Assembly (NCBI GenBank): GCA_039030615.1 | Contig: JBCCDV010000010.1 | Coordinates: forward strand, 55,612 to 119,611 | Direction: 5' to 3' | Origin: Pseudomonadota bacterium | GTDB taxonomy: Bacteria; Pseudomonadota; Alphaproteobacteria; Rhodobacterales; Rhodobacteraceae | DNA: 64,000 nucleotides | Part shown: positions 48,868-59,374 of the stretch, in pieces | Position numbering within the stretch: position 1 is the first letter of the stretch | How the letters are laid out: the number at the start of each line of letters is the position of its first letter | Notes under the pieces: generated by a model | The model's input: only the letters and a program-made list of their open reading frames with translations | Databases searched by the model: none | Told to the model about the DNA's origin: nothing | Program-made: the position numbers and the translations under genes

Positions 48868-50007
48868 ATGACGACCAAAGACCCATCAGACGTTTCAAAA
48901 TTCACCAGTGCTGCGCCGTTTGCGTTGTCGCTTCTCTTGATCCCCCTCGTGATCATCGCGGCCACGCAAGGCGGATGGACCATCGCACTCGTCCCGCTTT
49001 ACGGGTGGGGCATGTTTTCCATACTCGACAGTTTTGTGGGTCTCGATACCGACAATGCGGATTTGGGCACGTCAGAGGCTGAATTGTTCTGGTACCGCGC
49101 CATCACCATGCTTTGGGTGCCGATCCAGCTGATGACGATCTACGGCACCATGGCCTATGCGCTCAATGCTGCCCATCTTTCGACCCGCGAAATCATCTGG
49201 CTGTTTTTCGGCGTCGGGGTCGTCACAGGCGCCATCGGGATCAATTATAGCCATGAGTTGATGCATCAAAAAAACAAGCTGGAGCGTTGGTTGGCGGACC
49301 TGCTCTTGGCGTCCGTTCTCTACAGCCATTTCCGCTCAGAACATCTTCTCAACCATCACCGCTATGTCGGCACCCCCAAAGACCCCGTCACCGCGCGCTA
49401 CAATGAGGGTTTTCATCGTTTCTTCTTCCGCGTGCTGCGCGACTGCCCAAAAACCGCGTGGGAGGCGGAGACCAAGCTCCTCGCGCGCAAGAACCTAAAC
49501 CCGATCCATCAAAAAAACCCGTTCTGGCGCTACGCAGCGCTGCAACTTGTGTTTTTGGCGTTGGCGGCGCTGGTCGGCGGTTGGCCGGGCGTCGGCCTGT
49601 TTGTCTTTCAAGCCTTCGTCGCAATCTGGCAGCTTGAGCTCGTCAATTACATCGAGCATTACGGCCTCACCCGAAAACACCTAGGCGACGGCAAATACGA
49701 ACATGTCAAACCGCGTCATAGCTGGAATGCGGCGCAAAAGGCGTCAAACTGGCTGCTCATCAATCTACAGCGCCATTCTGACCACCACTACAAACCCGAC
49801 AGGCGGTTCCCGTTGCTGCAAACCTATGCGCCGGGTGAGGCGCCACAACTGCCGCATGGCTACCCGGTGATGACGATCGCCGCGATGATCCCACCGGTGT
49901 TTCGCCGCATCATGAACCCGCGCGTCCGCGCTTGGCGTAAACAGTATTACCCAGAAATCACCGATTGGCTGCCCTATAAAACGGCCAGCAATCCAATGCC
50001 CCGGTAA
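48868..50007 (+). CDS. alkB: Alkane 1-monooxygenase-like membrane di-iron hydroxylase
   Basis: His boxes HELMH, EHLLNHH, NYIEHYG, LQRHSDHH, with TM helices. Confidence 0.85.
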   Translation: MTTKDPSDVSKFTSAAPFALSLLLIPLVIIAATQGGWTIALVPLYGWGMFSILDSFVGLDTDNADLGTSEAELFWYRAITMLWVPIQLMTIYGTMAYALNAAHLSTREIIWLFFGVGVVTGAIGINYSHELMHQKNKLERWLADLLLASVLYSHFRSEHLLNHHRYVGTPKDPVTARYNEGFHRFFFRVLRDCPKTAWEAETKLLARKNLNPIHQKNPFWRYAALQLVFLALAALVGGWPGVGLFVFQAFVAIWQLELVNYIEHYGLTRKHLGDGKYEHVKPRHSWNAAQKASNWLLINLQRHSDHHYKPDRRFPLLQTYAPGEAPQLPHGYPVMTIAAMIPPVFRRIMNPRVRAWRKQYYPEITDWLPYKTASNPMPR

Positions 50008-50010
50008 GGC

Positions 50011-50107
50011 TCTCCATTTGGTCTTAAATATTCTGGGCGGATGCCCATGCGGCGGAGGGCAAAGCCCTCCAAAAGCATAAAAATGCGCGGGCGGCGTAGC
50101 CGCACAT
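50011..50107. repeat. Intergenic multi-hairpin REP-like element
   Basis: GGAGGGC-AAA-GCCCTCC (50054-50070), GCGGC-GTA-GCCGC (50091-50103) and GGGC..GCCC stems between convergent genes. Single copy in this window. Confidence 0.4.
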
Positions 50108-50112
50108 TTCGG

Positions 50113-51141
50113 TCAAGGATCTGCGCTTACACGCACAAGCTGTTTGCCAAAATTCCCGCCTTTGAGCATTGCCATGAAAGCCTCTGGGGCGTTTTCCAAC
50201 CCTTCGGTCACGCTCTCACGCACTTTAATCGTGCCATTGCCAACGAGGGGGCCAACCTCACGCTGGAACTGCGCCATCAAGTTGAAATGGTCGAAAATAA
50301 TAAATCCCTGAACGCGCAACCTTCGGGTCAGTATGCTACGCCAAACAGCGGGAAGCGGTTGCGCCTCCCCTATCCCCTGCCCTGAATACCACGAAATTGC
50401 GCCGCAAACGGCGATGCGCCCGCCGGTCTTCATCTGTGTTAAAACGGCCTCTAGTGTCTTGCCCCCGACATTGTCGAAATACACGTGGACCCCTTCAGGC
50501 GCGGCGCTTTTAATGGCCTTGCTCAAACTCTTGGCATCATTGGCGCGGTGGTCAAAACAAGCTTCTGCCCCAAGGTTTTCAACGGCAAAGGCGCATTTTT
50601 CTACGCCACCGGCAACGCCGATAACACGCATCCCCTTTTCTCGCGCCAATTGGCAGACCATGCCGCCAACAGCGCCGGTTGCTGCAGAGACGACAATCGT
50701 TTCGCCCGCCTGCGCGCCCGCGATCTCGTTCAAACCGGCCCACGCGGTGATCCCCGGCATGCCCAGCACCCCGAGCGCGGTCGAAATCGGGGCCAGCGTG
50801 GGATCAACTTTGCGCACGCCCTCCCCGTTTGAAACTGCATGGCTCGTCCAACCAAACTGCCCCGTCACAATGTCCCCGATAGCATATTCCGCATGGTTAG
50901 AGCCTATAACTTCACCAACCGCGCCACCTTCCATGACCTCGCCAATCGCCACGGGTGGCGCGTAGGACTTCACGTCATCCATCCGTCCGCGCATATAGGG
51001 ATCCAACGATAGCCATATGATGCGCACCAGAAATTCGCCTTCGCCTGGTGCGGCCAGTGTGCGCTGCTTAAGAGCGAAATTGTCAGCCACTGGCGAACCG
51101 CTTGGGCGCGAGGCGAGAGTAATAGAACGGGTCTGGGTCAC
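50113..51141 (-). CDS. NADP-dependent oxidoreductase (PTGR/CurA-like MDR family)
   Basis: LSLDPYMRGRM, LGVLGMPGITAW, VSAATGAVG, GGNFGKQLV. Confidence 0.9.
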   Translation of the reverse strand: MTQTRSITLASRPSGSPVADNFALKQRTLAAPGEGEFLVRIIWLSLDPYMRGRMDDVKSYAPPVAIGEVMEGGAVGEVIGSNHAEYAIGDIVTGQFGWTSHAVSNGEGVRKVDPTLAPISTALGVLGMPGITAWAGLNEIAGAQAGETIVVSAATGAVGGMVCQLAREKGMRVIGVAGGVEKCAFAVENLGAEACFDHRANDAKSLSKAIKSAAPEGVHVYFDNVGGKTLEAVLTQMKTGGRIAVCGAISWYSGQGIGEAQPLPAVWRSILTRRLRVQGFIIFDHFNLMAQFQREVGPLVGNGTIKVRESVTEGLENAPEAFMAMLKGGNFGKQLVRVSADP

Positions 51142-51188
51142 GATATCCTCCTCATTTCTGTCCCGACCCTAACCGCGTTCGGTCGGAC

Positions 51189-51228
51189 AAAAAAAGCCCT
51201 GCCGCTCAAAGGTCTGAGCAGACAGGGC
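51189..51228 (-). terminator. Intrinsic terminator downstream of ccrM
   Basis: GCCCTG/CAGGGC plus inner GCTCA/TGAGC stems, followed by U7 on the minus strand. Confidence 0.7.
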
Positions 51229-51291
51229 TAAAGTTTTGTGCCGGCGGGCGGAGCCGCTGGCACGGGCGGTAACCTCGTGTAATTCTTTAAT

Positions 51292-52440
<1,149 letters not shown>

Positions 52441-52447
52441 CTAAGAT

Positions 52448-52462
52448 GAGTCAAACCGATTC
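52448..52462. promoter_or_regulatory. Tandem GANTC sites upstream of ccrM
   Basis: GAGTC at 52448-52452 and GATTC at 52458-52462. Confidence 0.6.
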
Positions 52463-52501
52463 GGCAGTCAAAACTTATAAATTTCAATAGTTTACAAAAA
52501 A

Positions 52502-53113
52502 TCATCGACACAAGATATTGTGGACGGGTTTATAGGTGCGCCGATGATGTGGTGTTACCCCGTGTTGCTCTAATGCACTGATATGCTCCTTGGTGGGGTA
52601 GCCCATATTTTTGCCCCAATTGTAAACGGGGTACTGTTGCGCCAATGCATGCATGATCCGGTCGCGCGTGACTTTCGCCAGGATCGAAGCCGCTGCAATC
52701 GATTGAGAGCGCCCGTCGCCTTTCACCAATGGGGTTGCAGGCAAAGCCAAATCGGCCGGCACCCGGTTCCCGTCAACCAAGACATGGCCGACGCCTTTGA
52801 TCCCTTGAACGGCGCGGCACATCGCCAGATGTGAGGCATGATAGATGTTGAGCGCGTCAATTTCTTCAACGCTTGCCTCTGCTATGCAAAATCGCGCACG
52901 CGCGGTGATTTCATCAAAAAGTGCCTCGCGCTTGGAAGCACTCAGCTTCTTGGAATCGTTCAACCCGTCAGGGATATCGCTCGGGTTCAAGACAACGGCC
53001 GCTGCGACGACAGGCCCGGACAAGGGGCCCCGTCCGGCCTCATCAACGCCCACAACGCCTGACAGACCTTGCGAGATGAGGGCCGCCTCAAAAGAAAAAT
53101 CTGGTCCTATCAT
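52502..53113 (-). CDS. rnhB: Ribonuclease HII
   Basis: GVDEAGRGPL.GPV, DSKKL, LVDG, KGD, AAASILAKV.RD, HR. Start trimmed to MIGPDF. Confidence 0.94.
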   Translation of the reverse strand: MIGPDFSFEAALISQGLSGVVGVDEAGRGPLSGPVVAAAVVLNPSDIPDGLNDSKKLSASKREALFDEITARARFCIAEASVEEIDALNIYHASHLAMCRAVQGIKGVGHVLVDGNRVPADLALPATPLVKGDGRSQSIAAASILAKVTRDRIMHALAQQYPVYNWGKNMGYPTKEHISALEQHGVTPHHRRTYKPVHNILCR

Positions 53114-53214
53114 GTCCCTGTCAAACACCGGCCAGCCGGGAAAAGCAAAGAGAAAGGGGGCGACCTGTGCGGTCACCCCCAACTGCTCGCACTCATTATG
53201 TCGAAAAACTTTGT

Positions 53215-53646
53215 TCACAGACGCCATCCGTTTTGACGCAGACACCGCGGCGCGTAGAAATAGCGTGGTCCGCTATTGGTTTTGTTTTGACGGAGGCAGT
53301 TCTGCGGCAATTGAGCTTTGGCATGACTTTGCATGCACCGCGCACCGTATACTTCGCGCGTGCCACGGTGAGTCCATTGTTCTCGCACACAACGCGACGG
53401 CGCGAGCTTTGCGGCGCGTCTGGTCACCGGCGGTCCAATGCGCTGCGTATAAACAGTGCTATTGCGCGCGGGCTGCCGGGCAACATTGCGCTCTTTGTTC
53501 TTTTCAATCTGATTGGCCAGAATGCCTAGCACCACCAATCCGCCCAGAACTTTAAAGACATCTTCATCCGCGCGGGCAGGCGTCGCGGTCAAAGACGTGG
53601 CGGCGAGGGCAGAACTCAGCACCATTGCAATGAATTGTTTCTTCAT
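53215..53646 (-). CDS. Secreted hypothetical protein with two C-X17-C repeats
   Basis: Signal peptide ending ARA, a hydrophobic GG-containing segment, and two Cys-bracketed repeats. GGAG-type RBS. Confidence 0.7.
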   Translation of the reverse strand: MKKQFIAMVLSSALAATSLTATPARADEDVFKVLGGLVVLGILANQIEKNKERNVARQPARNSTVYTQRIGPPVTRRAAKLAPSRCVREQWTHRGTREVYGARCMQSHAKAQLPQNCLRQNKTNSGPRYFYAPRCLRQNGWRL

Positions 53647-53795
53647 GGGGATGTCCTCCAATTTGGATGCGGCCGTGATGACCGGATGCATCCAAACTGC
53701 GAGCCAACGTCGCGCTAAACAATTTCGCCACGCTGAAACCGGCTTGCGGAAGTTTGTTATTGAATAACCCGTATGAGTTGCCCCATCTCAAGTCT

Positions 53796-54089
53796 ATGAA
53801 ACATCGCATGTATTTGAACGCAGCCCTTATATGGATCGCAATGGCGAGCACGGCGCAGGCCGCATGCTACGCTGACTACAAAGCCAAGAAGGACGGCCCC
53901 CTGCAGCTGCATTACGGGGTGATGGAATTGCCTGCGTCCGCTTGCGGAAGCGCCTCCAGTGCCGCACAAGCTATTGCGCCGCGCCTTGCCAAAGCGGGCT
54001 GGACATTGCTCAATGTATTATCAGTCTTTGACGATGCGGGACTTGCGGAAAGGAAAGCCAGTGCCGGACGCTACTACCTCCGCTTCTAA
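53796..54089 (+). CDS. Small secreted hypothetical protein with 2 Cys
   Basis: Signal peptide ending AQA, mature CYADYKAK...LHYGV...C...YYLRF. Start uncertain. Confidence 0.7.
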   Translation: MKHRMYLNAALIWIAMASTAQAACYADYKAKKDGPLQLHYGVMELPASACGSASSAAQAIAPRLAKAGWTLLNVLSVFDDAGLAERKASAGRYYLRF

Positions 54090-54759
54090 GATGACGCCCG
54101 GGCGGGTGATCACGGTGGGTGTCGCGGCGATCGTGTTGATCCTTGTTGTGGCCGCCGTCGTACTCTTTGCCAATTTGCCCGATGCCAACGCGTTCAATGC
54201 GCGCGTGGAGCAGCTTTTTGTCGAGAACGACACGCTGACCGGCCCGGCGGAGATCAAGCTGCTGGAAATTCTCGCAGGCTCCGGCACCGCGTTTTCCGAG
54301 ACATTGGCCAGCTACCGGTTCATCATCTTCGTGCTGATGGTTTTTGCGACAGCATTGCTGATCGCGACACTGGTGACTCTGGTCTCGTTGGTTGGGCTGG
54401 CCCGCCGCATGGCAGAGGTTGAGAAATCAGGTATTCAAGTCAACGCGCTGACTGTCCACCGCGGAGAGCGGATTGTGCAGATCAACGATATGGAATTCAA
54501 ACTCACCGAAGCCGCGTTGGAAACCCTGTCCGTCCTGGCAGAGGCCCGGATCGATGACGACATACTGTCAGGGGTTGAGATCGAAAGCGTGATCTCGGGT
54601 AAGCCCAGCTCGGATTGTGACGAGGCCGCCGGCGCTGTCCGTATCAAACGGCTGCGCGATCACCTTGGCAATCAAATGATGAGTGAGCTTTTGATCAAAA
54701 ATATCGCGCGTAAGGGCTATGTGCTGGCAGTTGAGCCAGATGCGATCAAGATGGTGTAG
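54061..54759 (+). CDS. Membrane-anchored (2 TM) protein with C-terminal OmpR/PhoB-type winged-helix domain
   Basis: Two hydrophobic helices, then LTEAALETL.VL...RIKRLRDHLG...IKNIARKGY. No receiver domain. Start GTG 54061 or ATG 54091. Confidence 0.7.
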   Translation: MPDATTSASKMTPGRVITVGVAAIVLILVVAAVVLFANLPDANAFNARVEQLFVENDTLTGPAEIKLLEILAGSGTAFSETLASYRFIIFVLMVFATALLIATLVTLVSLVGLARRMAEVEKSGIQVNALTVHRGERIVQINDMEFKLTEAALETLSVLAEARIDDDILSGVEIESVISGKPSSDCDEAAGAVRIKRLRDHLGNQMMSELLIKNIARKGYVLAVEPDAIKMV

Positions 54760-54760
54760 A

Positions 54761-54793
54761 GCAGCCCGGGCAAGTCTCGCCCGCCCGGGCTGC
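54761..54793. terminator. GC-rich hairpin between convergent genes, probable terminator
   Basis: GCAGCCCGGGC ... GCCCGGGCTGC 11-bp inverted repeat, no U-tract. Confidence 0.5.
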
Positions 54794-54801
54794 CTTAGGC
54801 A

Positions 54802-56997
<2,196 letters not shown>

Positions 56998-57053
56998 CTA
57001 AAATAAATCTGAGGTTTCACCGTCAGAATACGCTAGCCATTCGATAAATACCA

Positions 57054-57090
57054 ATTGGATAAAGTTAAGGGCGTGATAGTTTGAAGCTAT
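57054..57090. promoter_or_regulatory. OxyR-type binding site in the katG-oxyR divergent region
   Basis: ATTG-N7-TTAA-N7-ATAG-N7-CTAT, compared with the consensus ATAG-N7-CTAT-N7-ATAG-N7-CTAT. The exact half overlaps the oxyR start codon. Confidence 0.6.
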
Positions 57091-58018
57091 GAAAAACTTC
57101 ACCATCAAACAGTTCCGGTATTTTGATGCGCTCGCGCGGACCGGACATTTCGGACAGGCGGCAGACGCCTGCTCCATATCGCAGCCCGCGCTATCCCTCC
57201 AAATCAAAGAGTTGGAAACGATGCTCGGCGCGCCGTTGGTTGAGCGCGCTGCGCGCAACATTCGTCTGACCACTTTGGGCCAGGAATTTTTGGAGCGCGC
57301 GCGCAAGGTTTTGACTGACGTCGAAGAGATGTCAGAGCTTGCGCGATCATCGGAGGGCCCGATCAAAGGGACCCTTCGGATCGGTGTTATCCCAACTGTC
57401 GCACCCTACCTACTTCCATCAATCATTCAGGGACTGGCGCAGCACTTCCCAGACCTCGAGCTGCATCCACGCGAGTCGATCACCAACTCTCTGATCCGCG
57501 ACCTTCAGGAATCGCGCTTAGACTTTGTTGTCGCAGCTTTGCCAATCTCAGAGCCTTCTCTGCGCGAATTTGCGTTGTTTGATGAAGATTTCGTTTTGGT
57601 ACGCGCCGTCAAAGACGCCGACAAACCGGTTCCCAGCCCTGAATCGCTTCCTGAAATGAAACTTCTCCTGCTCGAAGAAGGGCATTGCTTCCGTGATCAG
57701 GCGCTTTCGTTTTGTGATGTCCCCGCCTCCAACCCGAGTTTGGTCATGGAGGGCTCATCGCTATCGACGCTTGTTCAGATGGTTGATGCGGGCTTGGGGC
57801 TGACATTGATACCCGAAATGGCAGTCCCCCTTGAGACGCAGAATGCCGATCTTTCGATTTCCCGGTTTTCGAGAAACAAACCTAAGCGCACAATTGGTAT
57901 GATTTGGCGAAAAACGACCCCGCTAAGCGCACAACTTATGGAGCTTGGCGCCATCATTCGTCAGGTCGGCCAGTCCCAAATCGAGAAATTTGCTCAGATC
58001 GAAAAGCCTCACGACTAG
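57089..58018 (+). CDS. oxyR: LysR-family H2O2 sensor OxyR
   Basis: LysR HTH, LLLEEGHCFRDQALSFC redox Cys pair, divergent from katG. Confidence 0.93.
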   Translation: MKNFTIKQFRYFDALARTGHFGQAADACSISQPALSLQIKELETMLGAPLVERAARNIRLTTLGQEFLERARKVLTDVEEMSELARSSEGPIKGTLRIGVIPTVAPYLLPSIIQGLAQHFPDLELHPRESITNSLIRDLQESRLDFVVAALPISEPSLREFALFDEDFVLVRAVKDADKPVPSPESLPEMKLLLLEEGHCFRDQALSFCDVPASNPSLVMEGSSLSTLVQMVDAGLGLTLIPEMAVPLETQNADLSISRFSRNKPKRTIGMIWRKTTPLSAQLMELGAIIRQVGQSQIEKFAQIEKPHD

Positions 58019-58048
58019 GGCGTGTGTCCAGTCTTTAGATAGCACGAT

Positions 58049-58085
58049 ATGAGGCCAACGGACCGAGCGGTCACATTGGCCTCAT
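58049..58085. terminator. Long hairpin between the convergent oxyR and rid genes
   Basis: ATGAGGCCAA/TTGGCCTCAT 10-bp arms with an inner GACC/GGTC stem. Confidence 0.45.
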
Positions 58086-58096
58086 CGAGTTGTTTT

Positions 58097-58492
58097 CTAG
58101 GCCGAGGCTGTTGCTTCAATTTCAAACATCAAGCCAGGGATCGCCAACCGGGTCACACCGAGCAGGGTCATGGGCGGTGCAACCTCATGCGGCCCAAAGC
58201 GCATCCCCATCAGATCAAAGTTCTTGAGCGCTTCGTCGACATCAGTCGCAAATACGCCAAGCCTTGTGACGTTGCTCAAGTCCATGCCTGCCTCAGTCAG
58301 CACCGCTTCAAGGTTATTCAAGGCCAATTCAATCTGGGCGCGCATATCGTCTGGGTGCTGAGGGGCACCATTGCCATCAACGGCAGTTTGGCCAGCGCAG
58401 ATCACTTGGCGCGTCGCGCCTTCGATCACTTCAGCCTGATTGTAACCAAGCTTCAGCGACCAGTTCCATGGGTTCACAGCAGTCCGTTTCAT
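58097..58492 (-). CDS. Rid (YjgF/YER057c/UK114) family protein
   Basis: YNQA, CAGQ, Q...AL.NL..VL.EAG, FEIEATA. RBS AGGAGA. Confidence 0.88.
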   Translation of the reverse strand: MKRTAVNPWNWSLKLGYNQAEVIEGATRQVICAGQTAVDGNGAPQHPDDMRAQIELALNNLEAVLTEAGMDLSNVTRLGVFATDVDEALKNFDLMGMRFGPHEVAPPMTLLGVTRLAIPGLMFEIEATASA

Positions 58493-58542
58493 CTATCAAA
58501 TCTCCTTGTTTTATGTTGCTGAAATCGGTCTAAATCAAAATA

Positions 58543-58559
58543 GTGCCAAAAATTGTCAC
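58543..58559. promoter_or_regulatory. Candidate WYL-regulator operator
   Basis: GTGCCA-N5-TGTCAC, one mismatch from a GTGACA/TGTCAC palindrome, in the 88-nt divergent gap. Confidence 0.4.
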
Positions 58560-58580
58560 CATTCATGATAGTGTGTCTTC

Positions 58581-59300
58581 ATGAACATTCGACTCAGACA
58601 TGATGAAATCGTGCGGAGCCTGCGCCGCAATGGAACCACCACCATCGACACGCTTGCCGATGAGGTGGGCGCGTCGCGGCGCACAGTCTTGCGCGACATC
58701 AGCGCACTGCGCGACGAAGGCTTTGTGATCCACTCCGATGTCGGTCGCGGCGGTGGCCTTCAACTCGACCCGCAGTCGATGCAAACGACCGCGCGGCTCA
58801 GCGTTCCGGAGGTCTTCGCCCTCTTAATCAGTGTTGCGGCGATGCGCGCGGCTGGGAACCTACCCTTCTCGGATCTGGCCGACGCAGGGCTCGCAAAGAT
58901 TGAGAAAGCCCTTCCGTCTGACAAAGTGAAGGACCTACGCGCGTTCCTCGAGTGTCTGCACATTGGGCAGCTGTCACCACTTCAGGACATCTCGGACATG
59001 GGCAAAATGGAGCCGCAACTTCTACCCGCCTTTGAATCCGCGTTTCTCGGGCGCAAACTTATCCGCTTTGACTACCGCGATGCCAAAGGGCGCAAGACAC
59101 AACGCTTGGTTGAACCACAAGCGATGCTGATTTTACCGCCGCTTTGGTATCTCGTTGGATGGGACGCCTCCCGCGCCGATTTTAGACATTTCCGGATGGA
59201 TCGAATTTCTAACCCTGAAGCGGTTGAGGACACCACATTCCGCCGCCGACATGTTCCCTTCGAAGATGATGTCTGCCCATTCACCGAACTGGAGCGGTAG
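58581..59300 (+). CDS. HTH-WYL transcriptional regulator (YafY-like)
   Basis: HTH_11 (LADEVGASRRTVLRDISAL...G.GGG), WYL domain (FDYRD...R.VEP...WYLVGWD..R.DFRHFRMDRI). Confidence 0.92.
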   Translation: MNIRLRHDEIVRSLRRNGTTTIDTLADEVGASRRTVLRDISALRDEGFVIHSDVGRGGGLQLDPQSMQTTARLSVPEVFALLISVAAMRAAGNLPFSDLADAGLAKIEKALPSDKVKDLRAFLECLHIGQLSPLQDISDMGKMEPQLLPAFESAFLGRKLIRFDYRDAKGRKTQRLVEPQAMLILPPLWYLVGWDASRADFRHFRMDRISNPEAVEDTTFRRRHVPFEDDVCPFTELER

Positions 59301-59374
59301 CACAGCTATTGAGGCGCGAACGCGATCCAAGAAGACAACTTGGTCGGCGCCTTGTTCGCAGTTAAGATCAAAAC

